64,000 nucleotides of DNA from contig JACRNO010000060.1 of assembly GCA_016234855.1 (NCBI GenBank), forward strand, positions 9,595 to 73,594, in the 5' to 3' direction. Numbering within the stretch: the stretch's first letter is position 1; every line of letters begins with the position of its first letter. The position numbers were made by a program, and so were the translations under genes. Below the pieces are notes generated by a model. It was not told the DNA's origin. It searched no databases and worked only from the letters and a program-made list of their open reading frames with translations. Source of the DNA: Deltaproteobacteria bacterium (lineage in GTDB: Bacteria > Desulfobacterota > GWC2-55-46). Shown one piece after another: positions 1 through 8,526 of the stretch.

Positions 1-121
1 TCATTATGGAGCCTTTGCCGAACTGCTTTTCTATCTGGCTTATGGCCAGTTCCAGCGCCTTGCCCTTTTCCGAAGCAATCTTTGTGTCCTTGTCCCTGGT
101 CTCGGTCGTAGTTGCCATCTG
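1..121 (-). CDS. recA: Recombinase RecA, N-terminal 40 aa only (gene continues off the left edge)
   Basis: Reverse complement of 1..121 translates MATTTETRDKDTKIASEKGKALELAISQIEKQFGKGSIM. The QIEKQFGKGSIM block is the conserved RecA N-terminus. ATG at 119-121 with GGGGGAG Shine-Dalgarno upstream. Frame is open to the window edge. Confidence 0.8.
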
Positions 122-313
122 CTCTCCCCCTGTCTGAATGCTCTGCGGCAGACCGCCAAAGACGGACGCCTTAAATGGATGTTTCCTTACCAACAAGAGC
201 CCCGCTCTTCTTGTGTGCTAACGTTATGATTTTAGCGCCAAAAGCCCCATGACTTTTCAAGCCGCCCGTATGATATCCGTGTTTTTTTCAGCGGCATGAT
301 TAGAATTATCCAT

Positions 314-601
314 GGAAGCTCTGATTAATTCCCTAACTCGTCTTTGCGAGCGTAGCGAAGCAATCTCGTATCTTATGCAAATCAGCAAGTTACGAGATGT
401 AAATTATCCGCGAAAAACTACGGATAATTTACAAGTAAGGAATGGTCATTTGTATTCGCTTTTTTCGTCACGCAAAAAGCCGCGTGGTGAAAAAAGCTGT
501 GCTTGTCGCTTCGTCGCTTGTGCGCTAACGTTATGTCTTTAGCGCCTTTGGCGACAAAAGCGCTCCCCGCAAAGACAAAAAACGAATTAATCAGAGGTTC
601 C
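314..601. mobile_element. MITE-like element copy 1 (TIR GGAAGCTCTGATTAATTCC / GAATTAATCAGAGGTTCC)
   Basis: Terminal inverted repeats at 314-332 and 584-601. Internal modules are shared with other copies (GCGCTAACGTTATGTCTTTAGCGCC, GAGCGTAGCGAAGCAATCTCGTA...CAAGTTACGAGAT). No ORF of transposase size. Confidence 0.6.
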
Positions 602-651
602 CTATATCAATACGCGCCGGCAAAGTAAACCGGCGTCTTTGCCGCAATCCG

Positions 652-1251
652 TCACCCGCCAAATCCTACCCGGGCAATCGGCGTATGCACCGGCCCTTTT
701 GGCGTAAGCACGCTCTTGAAAAAGACCAGCTCCGCTGCCGGAAACTCAACCCGCAGCGCCGGTTGCAGTTCGTTGACGACCCTGCTCAGATCCTGAGACT
801 CGGCGATAGAGCGCGCCCGGCAGAGCGTTATATGGGGCCTGTACCTGACCGTCTCCCTGTCAATGCCGAGACCAACGAGCCTGTCTTCGATATCCGCATG
901 GAGCCTTGAGAGTGCGCCTTCGTCCTTGATGCCGACCCACGCCACCCTCGGACTCCTTAACGAGGGGAAACCGCCGACGCCCTCGGCCACGAGCGTAAAG
1001 GGGCGCACCGCGGCGCAGGCGGTCTCAAGGGCCCGGGCTATACCCGGGGCCGCGGACTCGTCAACGTTACCGAGAAACTTTACGGTAAGGTGAATAGAGT
1101 CCTTCTCAGGCAGATTCAGCCCGCGCATCCTCCCGGCGATGAGCGTCTGTATCTCGCGCAGCTTCTCTTTCAACTCGTCTGATATCTCTATGGCTATGAA
1201 GGCTCGTATAGTGCCTGATGTCATCTCGTTTTTTTGTATAGAGGACGTCAC
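652..1251 (-). CDS. thpR: RNA 2',3'-cyclic phosphodiesterase / 2'-5' RNA ligase (LigT/ThpR family)
   Basis: 199-aa ORF with two H-x-T/S-x motifs (HLTVKFLG and HITLCR) typical of the 2H phosphoesterase family. Start is ambiguous (GTG at 1251 or ATG at 1224). Confidence 0.75.
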   Translation of the reverse strand: MTSSIQKNEMTSGTIRAFIAIEISDELKEKLREIQTLIAGRMRGLNLPEKDSIHLTVKFLGNVDESAAPGIARALETACAAVRPFTLVAEGVGGFPSLRSPRVAWVGIKDEGALSRLHADIEDRLVGLGIDRETVRYRPHITLCRARSIAESQDLSRVVNELQPALRVEFPAAELVFFKSVLTPKGPVHTPIARVGFGG

Positions 1252-1317
1252 GGATGCGCATCCCCGCGCTCCCTTGCTTAAGGCGGGTTGCCTTAATGCA
1301 AAAAGGCTTCCGGGATG

Positions 1318-1806
1318 CTACCCCGCCAACGCCGCCTCTATCATATCCAACGCCGCTATCGCCGATTGACCCCTTATCCGGGCGCGCGTTCCGGCGAAGA
1401 AGAACTTTTGGACCCTGGCCTTGCCTTTAAAAGACAGGCCGATAAAGACGGTGCCGACCGGTTTACCCGGCCTTGCGCCGCCCGGGCCCGCGATGCCGGT
1501 TATGGAGACGCCCATCTGCGCGCCGAGGGCGCGCCTTACGCCATCGGCCATCTGCGCCGCGGTTTGGCTTGATACCGCCCCGTATGCCTTCAAGGTGGCG
1601 CCGGAGACGCCAAGCAGACGCGTCTTTACAAGGTCTTCATAGGCAATGACGCCGCCGATAAAATAAACGGAGCTGCCGGGTATCGCCGTAATCCAACTCG
1701 AAAGCAATCCGCCGGTGCATGACTCTGCCGTGGCCAGCCGGATGCCGTGACTGATAAGCAGACGACCTGCATTACGAGCCTTTCTTCTATAATTCAGAGC
1801 GACCAT
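1318..1806 (-). CDS. cinA: CinA C-terminal domain protein (nicotinamide-nucleotide amidohydrolase PncC-like)
   Basis: 162 aa. LATAESCTGGLL ... GVSITGIAGPGG motifs are characteristic of the CinA/PncC C-terminal domain. Lies between pgpA and recA, a common arrangement. Confidence 0.8.
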   Translation of the reverse strand: MVALNYRRKARNAGRLLISHGIRLATAESCTGGLLSSWITAIPGSSVYFIGGVIAYEDLVKTRLLGVSGATLKAYGAVSSQTAAQMADGVRRALGAQMGVSITGIAGPGGARPGKPVGTVFIGLSFKGKARVQKFFFAGTRARIRGQSAIAALDMIEAALAG

Positions 1807-2258
1807 GCGGCGGCCCTTATGATTATTTGTGCGAAAATGTTAGCATATACCCCTGCCGCCACATCGTCAAGGACAATTCCGGCCCCGCCGCCCATGCCCC
1901 TGTCTATGGAACTTACCGGCCAGGGTTTAAGGATATCAAAAAACCTGAAGAGAAGAAAGACCAATATTACGGTCTTTGAGCCGAACGGCACCATAAAGGA
2001 GGCTGTCATAAGGCCGCACACCTCGTCTATTACCACGCACTTCGGGTCTTTCTGACCGATTATGGCCGCGGCCCGGTGCGCAATGTATATTGATACGAGC
2101 GTCACAACAACGACAGCCGCCCCGTTCCAGTAGACGCCAGCGCCCGAGAGCAGCCAGACGGCCCCGACGCCCCAGAGCGTGCCAAGGCTGCCTGGCGCGG
2201 CCGGAGAGTAGCCGACAAAGGCGCCGGTGGCAAGAAATATTGTAAGTTTGTCTCTCAA
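1794..2258 (-). CDS. pgpA: Phosphatidylglycerophosphatase A
   Basis: 154-aa membrane protein with GSLGTLWG ... FRFFDILKPWP motifs of PgpA. Overlaps cinA by 13 nt. Predicted TTG start with no good SD, so the start is uncertain. Confidence 0.7.
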   Translation of the reverse strand: MRDKLTIFLATGAFVGYSPAAPGSLGTLWGVGAVWLLSGAGVYWNGAAVVVVTLVSIYIAHRAAAIIGQKDPKCVVIDEVCGLMTASFMVPFGSKTVILVFLLFRFFDILKPWPVSSIDRGMGGGAGIVLDDVAAGVYANIFAQIIIRAAAWSL

Positions 2259-2345
2259 TCGGTTATCGGTTGCTCGTTATCAATTATCCGTTATCAATTG
2301 AGATAAAAAACCTTTACTGATAACCGATTACAGATAACTGGTTAG
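2259..2345. repeat. Stutter hairpin S1 (TTATC/GATAA-unit arms)
   Basis: CGGTTATCGGTTGCTCGTTATCAATTATCCGTTATCAATTGAG...CTGATAACCGATTACAGATAACTGG. The arms are built of repeated GTTATC units and their complement. Lies between rodA and pgpA. Confidence 0.55.
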
Positions 2346-2579
2346 CAGGTTGCTGAAAAACTCGAATCTGGACAGGCTGCTCAAATCTTCCCATTGCAAT
2401 AATAAAGACGCAATGGGAACCCAGCCAGATGCTAGGCGTCGAGGAGCGACGAATGAGGCAAATCCCCCTCAGTCCCCCTTTTTCAAAGGGGGAAGTTACG
2501 CCGCAGTGAGGAGTCGGGGCACCCGCGCCAAGCGGCGCGGGTCGGACAACGACGCAGATGGGCGTTTTTCAGCAGCCTG
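2346..2579. repeat. 234-bp structured intergenic element flanked by 16-bp inverted repeats (candidate sRNA or second MITE family)
   Basis: GCAGGTTGCTGAAAAAC at 2346-2362 and GTTTTTCAGCAGCCTG at 2564-2579. Three internal GC-rich hairpins (CCCATTGC...GCAATGGG, CCCCCTTTTTCAAAGGGGG, CCCGCGCCAAGCGGCGCGGG). Immediately 3' of rodA. Confidence 0.45.
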
Positions 2580-3737
2580 TCAGAACATGTACCGCCTCAT
2601 CATGATGTTTATCAACAGCCCGGCCCCAATCATGCATGTTATCAAAAACGACCCGCCGTAGCTTATAAACGGCAGCGGCACGCCCACTACCGGCAGCACG
2701 CCGCAGACCATGCCGAGGTTTATGGTGACGTGCCAGAAAAACATGGATGTTATGCCGAGAGCGACAAGAAAACCGAACCTGTCCTTCGCGTTATTGGCGG
2801 CATTGAGCCCGGAAAATATAAGCGCCATAAAGAGACCGAGGACGACAAACGAGCCTGCCAGCCCCCACTCCTCGGCAAGTACCGCGAAGATAAAGTCCGT
2901 ATGATGCTCCGGCAGGAACATCAATTTGCCTTGCGTGCCGTGCATAAAACCCTTGCCCGCAAGCCCGCCTGAACCTATGGCAATCTTCGACTGCATGACG
3001 TGGTAGCCTGAGCCCAGGGTATCACGGCCCGGATAGAGGAACGAAAGGAGCCGCGCCTTCTGGTAAGGCTTGAGAAAACGCCAACCAACGGGTATCATCC
3101 CGGCGAACGTGATGACGAGGCCCGTCAGCGTCACCTTGTTTATCCTTACGACAATGGCCATGGTCCAGAATATCAGCCATAATATGATGGCGGTGCCCAG
3201 GTCCGGCTGTTTTACGATAAAGAGAAACGGCACGAGAAGAAGCAGCCCCGGCACTGCAAGGTCGCGCAGCGCAAGGCCTCTGGCCGGAAGCGGCCTGTCG
3301 CTGTAGTATTTCGCAAGGGCCACGACAAGGGCGAGCTTTGCAAGCTCGGACGGCTGAAGAGAAAAGAAACCGAGACTCAACCACCGTTTTGCGCCCGCGG
3401 TGGAGCGGCCGAGAAGGACGACCATGACAAGGAGACCCACGGACGAGCCCCAGAGCGCGTAACCGAACCTCTCAAGGAGCGAATAGTTGATGATAACGGC
3501 GGCAAGAAGACACCCCAGACCTATGAGTATCCAGTAAAAGTCCTTCCTGTATATCGTCTGCATGTGCGTGTAGGTGGCGCTGTAGACGCTCGCAAAACCC
3601 ACCGCCGCAAGGAGCAGTACCACGAAGAAGGTAGGCCAGTCAAAGTGTGTCAGTACCCGTCTGTCTATCATAAGAGACCTCTTGACGCATTCACGAATCA
3701 ACAAGGGAGTTGTCCATAAAACCCGCCCTGCCGTCAA
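2580..3737 (-). CDS. rodA: Peptidoglycan glycosyltransferase RodA (SEDS family)
   Basis: 385-aa polytopic membrane protein of the FtsW/RodA family. Overlaps the mrdA stop by 4 nt and sits downstream of mreBCD-mrdA, the canonical rod operon position. Confidence 0.85.
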   Translation of the reverse strand: MTAGRVLWTTPLLIRECVKRSLMIDRRVLTHFDWPTFFVVLLLAAVGFASVYSATYTHMQTIYRKDFYWILIGLGCLLAAVIINYSLLERFGYALWGSSVGLLVMVVLLGRSTAGAKRWLSLGFFSLQPSELAKLALVVALAKYYSDRPLPARGLALRDLAVPGLLLLVPFLFIVKQPDLGTAIILWLIFWTMAIVVRINKVTLTGLVITFAGMIPVGWRFLKPYQKARLLSFLYPGRDTLGSGYHVMQSKIAIGSGGLAGKGFMHGTQGKLMFLPEHHTDFIFAVLAEEWGLAGSFVVLGLFMALIFSGLNAANNAKDRFGFLVALGITSMFFWHVTINLGMVCGVLPVVGVPLPFISYGGSFLITCMIGAGLLINIMMRRYMF

Positions 3738-5632
3738 TCCGATATTGGTTGTTTTTCGTCACCTGCCGGCCCCGGGGTTGCCTCCTGCGGCACAGGGCCC
3801 TGCGGCGCGGCAGGAGGCTCGCCAAGATACGCCTTGATCACGGCGCGCGCCACGGGCGCGGCCGCCGAGGCCCCGAAGCCGCCGTGTTCGACGATAACGG
3901 CAACGGCGATCCTGGGGTCGTCATAAGGCGCAAAACCCGCAAACCACGCATGATCGCGGAACTTGTACTGTATCGACTTGACATCCTTCGTCCTCTCTAT
4001 CAATTTGGTGACCTGAGCGGTGCCGGTCTTGCCGGCAATCTTCAACCCGCTGGCCGCGAGAAAATGCGCGGTGCCGCCATCTTCATGCACGACCCCGAAC
4101 AGGGCTTCCCGCACATAGGCCAGATTTTCGAACGATATCGGCAAAGCGCCGGCCGCCACCGGGGTAAAGACCTGCGCCGGGCCGCCGTCCTGACGGGTTA
4201 TCTCCTCAACAAGCTGCGGTTGGTAGAGCGTGCCTCCGTTGGCTATGGCGGCGTATGCCGAGGCAAGCTGCAACGGGGTGACGAGCATATAACCCTGTCC
4301 CACCGAGACGGATATCGTCTCGCCCTCGTACCACCGCTTGCCGTAGGTCTTCTGCTTCCATTCGGGAGAAGGCACCAGCCCGCTCTTCTCGTTGGCAAGC
4401 CCGATTCCGGTGCGCGTCCCGAACCCGAACCCCTTGGCATACATGGCCAGCCTGTCTACGCCGAGCTTGAGACCCACCTGATAAAAGAATGTATCGGATG
4501 ATTCCACTATGGCCCTATGCACCCCTATTATACCGTGGCCTTCGGGCTTCCAGTCCCTGTAGCTGCGATTTGCGTACCTGAACGCAGGGCCTGAATATAT
4601 CCGCGTCTGCGGGGTTACCTCGCCTTCCTCAAGGGCCGCGGCGGCATGCAGCGGCTTGAAGGTGGACGCAGGCGGATAGAGGCCCTGTATCGCCCTGTTG
4701 TTCATGATATTGAGCGGGTTTCCGATAAGCGCGGCCCAGTCTTCGGTTGAGATACCCGTGGAGAGCTGATTCGGGTCAAAACCCGGGGTGCTTACCATGG
4801 CCAGCACCCTGCCGCTGGACGGCTCTATGGCCACTACCGCGCCGACGCTGCCGCGAAGCGCTTCCCACGCGGCCATCTGCGTCTCAAGGTCTATGGTGAG
4901 CCTGACGTCGCCGCCCGGACGGGGCGCCAGCCAATTGACGAGTTTTATCTTCCTGCCGAGCGCGTCGACTTCTATTTCCTTGCCGCCGTCGATACCGCGT
5001 ATCGCGGTCTCAAGCGATTTTTCCAACCCGTACTTGCCTATATAGTCGCCGAGGTTGTAACGATCTTCCGGCTTCGACTCAGACAGTTCCTTGTCGTTTA
5101 TCTCGCCGAGATAGCCTACGAGATGAGCGAACGCCTCCCCGTAGATATACAGTCTCTTCGGCGAGACCTCCAGTATGACGCCGGGCATCTCGAACTTGTA
5201 GGTCTCCACCTTGACCGTCTCCTCCCAGGTCAGCTCCTCTTTTAGCTTTATCGCCTGGAAGGGCGGACGACCCTTCGCCTTCTTTATCTTCTCGTCGATA
5301 TCAACCGGCTCGATATTGACGAGACGCTTGAGCATCTGTCTGGTCTGATCCCAGTCCTTTACGTCCTCAGGCACGAGATACAACTCGTAGCCTGGACGGT
5401 TGTCCGCGATCTTGAACCCGCCGCTGCTGTATATAACGCCGCGCGGAGCGGTAGACCTCAGAAGGCGGATGGAGTTATTCTGCGCAAGCTCGGCATACCT
5501 GTCGTAGTCCTTTACCTGCAGGAGCCACAGGCGCACGGCCAATATAAAAAAGGCCGCGCCCACTATTATCATGGCGGCGAAGACCCTTCTTTTGAGATCG
5601 ACCGGCTCCTTGTCCCCGAAGTATCCGCTCAA
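3734..5632 (-). CDS. mrdA: Penicillin-binding protein 2 (transpeptidase)
   Basis: 632 aa with N-terminal TM anchor, STFK (PASTFKP), SSD (SxN-like) and KTGTA motifs of class B PBPs. Overlaps mreD by 4 nt. Confidence 0.85.
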   Translation of the reverse strand: MSGYFGDKEPVDLKRRVFAAMIIVGAAFFILAVRLWLLQVKDYDRYAELAQNNSIRLLRSTAPRGVIYSSGGFKIADNRPGYELYLVPEDVKDWDQTRQMLKRLVNIEPVDIDEKIKKAKGRPPFQAIKLKEELTWEETVKVETYKFEMPGVILEVSPKRLYIYGEAFAHLVGYLGEINDKELSESKPEDRYNLGDYIGKYGLEKSLETAIRGIDGGKEIEVDALGRKIKLVNWLAPRPGGDVRLTIDLETQMAAWEALRGSVGAVVAIEPSSGRVLAMVSTPGFDPNQLSTGISTEDWAALIGNPLNIMNNRAIQGLYPPASTFKPLHAAAALEEGEVTPQTRIYSGPAFRYANRSYRDWKPEGHGIIGVHRAIVESSDTFFYQVGLKLGVDRLAMYAKGFGFGTRTGIGLANEKSGLVPSPEWKQKTYGKRWYEGETISVSVGQGYMLVTPLQLASAYAAIANGGTLYQPQLVEEITRQDGGPAQVFTPVAAGALPISFENLAYVREALFGVVHEDGGTAHFLAASGLKIAGKTGTAQVTKLIERTKDVKSIQYKFRDHAWFAGFAPYDDPRIAVAVIVEHGGFGASAAAPVARAVIKAYLGEPPAAPQGPVPQEATPGPAGDEKQPISD

Positions 5633-6120
5633 CTTATATCACCCTTGAACGACGACGTTACGACGCGCGCGGAAAGCCTCGACATGAGCACTATAGCCTT
5701 ATGCGCGCATATACCGGTCAGGATGGCCTGCATGAGCACGTCGACGAATATGCGGACATGCATACCGGCGGACGAGACTACCGCGTAGACGAGCGCGCCT
5801 TTGAGCACTACGGCTATAGCGGCCCCGCCCGAGCGCGTGAACGCGGTTGTAAAATGGAGCCTCTGCCCCGCAAGATGCACCAGCATGAAGACGACTATAT
5901 ACGCGAACGACGTCGAGCCTATGATGCCGCCGCACAGCACGTCGTCCATGTAACCGAGGACAAAGGCAAAGGCCGCGCCTTCGACCGACGGCCTTCTGAA
6001 CGCAAGGTAGAAGACCATCAAAAGCGGGATATCCGGCAGCGGGATGACGGAAAAGAGCGTGCTCTTGAACGCCATGAAGACCAGCGCAATCGGTATGAAT
6101 GCAAGTATCTCTTTTATCAT
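5629..6120 (-). CDS. mreD: Rod shape-determining protein MreD
   Basis: 163-aa hydrophobic protein immediately downstream of mreC. The call rests on position and size; the family has little sequence conservation. Confidence 0.65.
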   Translation of the reverse strand: MIKEILAFIPIALVFMAFKSTLFSVIPLPDIPLLMVFYLAFRRPSVEGAAFAFVLGYMDDVLCGGIIGSTSFAYIVVFMLVHLAGQRLHFTTAFTRSGGAAIAVVLKGALVYAVVSSAGMHVRIFVDVLMQAILTGICAHKAIVLMSRLSARVVTSSFKGDIS

Positions 6121-6164
6121 GGTCGTCGTTTACAGTCCGCCGCGCTCTTCAATGAAATGCGGGC

Positions 6165-7019
6165 TCAGTCCCTGGAATAAAAACCGGTGTCCGTTACAAC
6201 GGAGACCTCTTCGAGCGTCGAAAGCCTCATGGCCGGGCGCACCTCGATGGTCTTGAAGAAGTTGTCCTTGCTCTTTTCTATCTTCGATATCTCGCCCACG
6301 ACGAGCCCCTTCGGGAATATGCCGGTTATGCCGGATGTCAATATACGGTCGCCGACGCGCACGTCGTCGTCGAGCATGATATACTTGAGCGCAAGCCCGT
6401 CCGCGCCGTTGCCCTCGGCCACGCCCTTTATCCTCGTGCGCTCGACGAATACGTCTATATCGCTCCTGACGTCAATCGCGAGGAGCACCGTGGACGTCGA
6501 GGCGCCTGGCTCGATGACGCGCCCCATCACCCCTTCGGGAGAGATTACGGCAAGGTCCTTTACCATGCCGTCGGAGGCCCCCTTGTTTATGGTTACAGTG
6601 CGCGCCCAGAGGCCCCCGTCATAGGCGACTATGCCGGCCGCCGTGGAATGCCATGGCACCGCCTCCCGGTAGTTGAATAACTCGCGCAAACGGAGATTGA
6701 GCGCGACATCTTCTTTCAGACGGTCATTTTCGCTCCGAAGGGACTCGACCTGCTTTTTGAGTTCCGCATTCTCGTCATTGAGGCCTATAAGGAAGACATA
6801 ATGCGACCATGCCCCGGTAACGGTCGAACTCGTTCCGAGTATCAGCCTCTCCAACGGGGTTACGATAGCGGAAAGCGTCTGTCTGACGATATAGCCGCGC
6901 GGGACGTCCTTCTGGTATGTAAGCGCGAGGTGGAGCGAGTAGAGGGCAAGCAGGAACGAGACTAATATGAGATGATGTCTCTTTAAGAAAAGGCTTAACT
7001 TGCGTTCGGAGATACGCAT
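6165..7019 (-). CDS. mreC: Rod shape-determining protein MreC
   Basis: 284 aa with N-terminal TM, a coiled-coil segment (ENAELKKQVESLRSENDRLKEDV) and C-terminal beta domains. Downstream of mreB. Confidence 0.8.
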   Translation of the reverse strand: MRISERKLSLFLKRHHLILVSFLLALYSLHLALTYQKDVPRGYIVRQTLSAIVTPLERLILGTSSTVTGAWSHYVFLIGLNDENAELKKQVESLRSENDRLKEDVALNLRLRELFNYREAVPWHSTAAGIVAYDGGLWARTVTINKGASDGMVKDLAVISPEGVMGRVIEPGASTSTVLLAIDVRSDIDVFVERTRIKGVAEGNGADGLALKYIMLDDDVRVGDRILTSGITGIFPKGLVVGEISKIEKSKDNFFKTIEVRPAMRLSTLEEVSVVTDTGFYSRD

Positions 7020-7160
7020 GACGGTTTGATGGAGTATTTAAGAGTTAGCAGCCGGGCAAACCATAAAAAGAAGCGGGGAATCACGGCGCGGAACCGGAAG
7101 CCATAGACCGCGGGGTATCAAGCCTCACGCAGCGGCCTGCGGCCCCCGCCCATGCGCGTC

Positions 7161-8192
7161 CTAATCGGGTATCGTAACGTCGCGCAGCAGCCTTATCTCG
7201 TCCAGCACCTTGCCCGCGCCCTTGACGACACAGGTCAGCGGGTCGTCGGCCACGGTCACGGGCAGCTGGGTCTCTTCCCTGAGTATGACATCGAGGTTCT
7301 TGATGAGGGCGCCTCCGCCGGCAAGGACTATGCCCTTGTCAACGAGATCCGCCGCAAGCTCCGGCGGGGTCGTCTCAAGGACATGCTTTATCGCCTCTAT
7401 GAGCGAGTTGATAGGCTCGGCCAGGGCCTCCCTTATCTCGGAGCACTCTATCTCAAGGATGGTCGGGATGCCGGTTATCAGGTTGGAACCTTTAATCTCT
7501 ATCTTCGGGCGGCGGTCGTCCGGCATGGGAAGACCGATATCCATCTTGAGCGCCTCGGCAACGCCCGTGCCTATGGAAAGGTTGTACTTCCTCTTTATAT
7601 ACTGGACAAGCACCTCGTCGAGCTTATCGCCGCCGACCCTGATGGACTTGGCCTGAACTATGCCGGCAAGCGAGATGACCGCTATCTCGGAGGTGCCTCC
7701 GCCGATATCGACTATCATGTTGCCGGACGGCTCGGTTATCGGCAATCCCGCGCCTATGGCTGCGGCCATGGGCTCCTCGATGAGATATACCTCGGCCGCT
7801 CCGGCCGAATACGCCGACTCCTTAACCGCCCTCTTCTCGACCTGGGTTATGCCGGACGGCACGCCTATGACGATGCGCGGACGCACAAGCAGACGGCGGT
7901 TGTGCACCTTTGCGATAAAATACTTCAGCATCTCCTCGGTAATCTCAAAGTCGGCTATGACGCCGTCCTTGAGCGGCCTGATGGCCGCGATATTGCCCGG
8001 CGTGCGGCCAAGCATAGCCTTGGCCTCTTTGCCGACGGCCAGCACGCGCTTGCCCTTGCCGTCTTTCTTGACGGCGACGACCGACGGCTCGTTGATGACT
8101 ATGCCCTTGCCCTTGACGTATATAAGCGTCGAGGCCGTGCCGAGGTCTATTGCGAGGTCGTTTGAAAAGAACCCGAGTATGTAATTGAACAT
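7161..8192 (-). CDS. mreB: Rod shape-determining protein MreB (actin-like ATPase)
   Basis: 343 aa. N-terminus MFNYILGFFSNDLAIDLGTASTLIYVKGKGIVINEPSVVAV is near-identical to canonical MreB. Confidence 0.95.
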   Translation of the reverse strand: MFNYILGFFSNDLAIDLGTASTLIYVKGKGIVINEPSVVAVKKDGKGKRVLAVGKEAKAMLGRTPGNIAAIRPLKDGVIADFEITEEMLKYFIAKVHNRRLLVRPRIVIGVPSGITQVEKRAVKESAYSAGAAEVYLIEEPMAAAIGAGLPITEPSGNMIVDIGGGTSEIAVISLAGIVQAKSIRVGGDKLDEVLVQYIKRKYNLSIGTGVAEALKMDIGLPMPDDRRPKIEIKGSNLITGIPTILEIECSEIREALAEPINSLIEAIKHVLETTPPELAADLVDKGIVLAGGGALIKNLDVILREETQLPVTVADDPLTCVVKGAGKVLDEIRLLRDVTIPD

Positions 8193-8526
8193 GACTGCTC
8201 CTTATGCCGCTATAAAGACGTTTACGAACCACCTGACCTTAATATGAAAGCATAGCAGAAAATAATCAGGCAATGCAAGAATAAAATTGATAAAAAGATT
8301 GAATTTGACGCGCAATTTCATTATGATACAACTCTACGCCGTCTCGCGGGCGGGTTTACCGTGCCCGCGGCAGTCAGCCTTAACGGCCTGCGTCAAAAAA
8401 ATGAAACCGGCCGGGCGCCGCGCCCGCTCTCAAAGCTCGCCGATGCGTTGCGAAAGGTCTTCAACGGGAAACAGGCGGTTGTGGGATTACCGTTTCATGT
8501 GACATAAATATCGGAGGTATCAAGCA

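Noticed and set aside
122-310. LexA/SOS box upstream of recA
   Set aside because: Only a weak GTCTG-N12-CAGAC dyad was found. No match to CTGT-N8-ACAG, GAAC-N4-GTTC or the Geobacter-type GGTT-N10-ACC consensus.
312-542. 76-aa ORF inside MITE-like copy 1
   Set aside because: Spans repeat modules shared by non-coding copies elsewhere. No SD. Reading frame not preserved in the other copies.
7152-8165. 337-aa plus-strand ORF antisense to mreB (and similar long antisense ORFs at 3710-4501, 15406-15996, 21420-22334, 23556-24185, 33584-34489, 35061-35816, 44561-45694, 46740-48020, 53498-54655, 60679-61638, 62525-63451)
   Set aside because: They lie fully inside well-supported genes on the opposite strand. 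Translations are low-complexity, Arg/Gly/Ala-rich, as expected for antisense frames in 60% GC DNA. No motifs.
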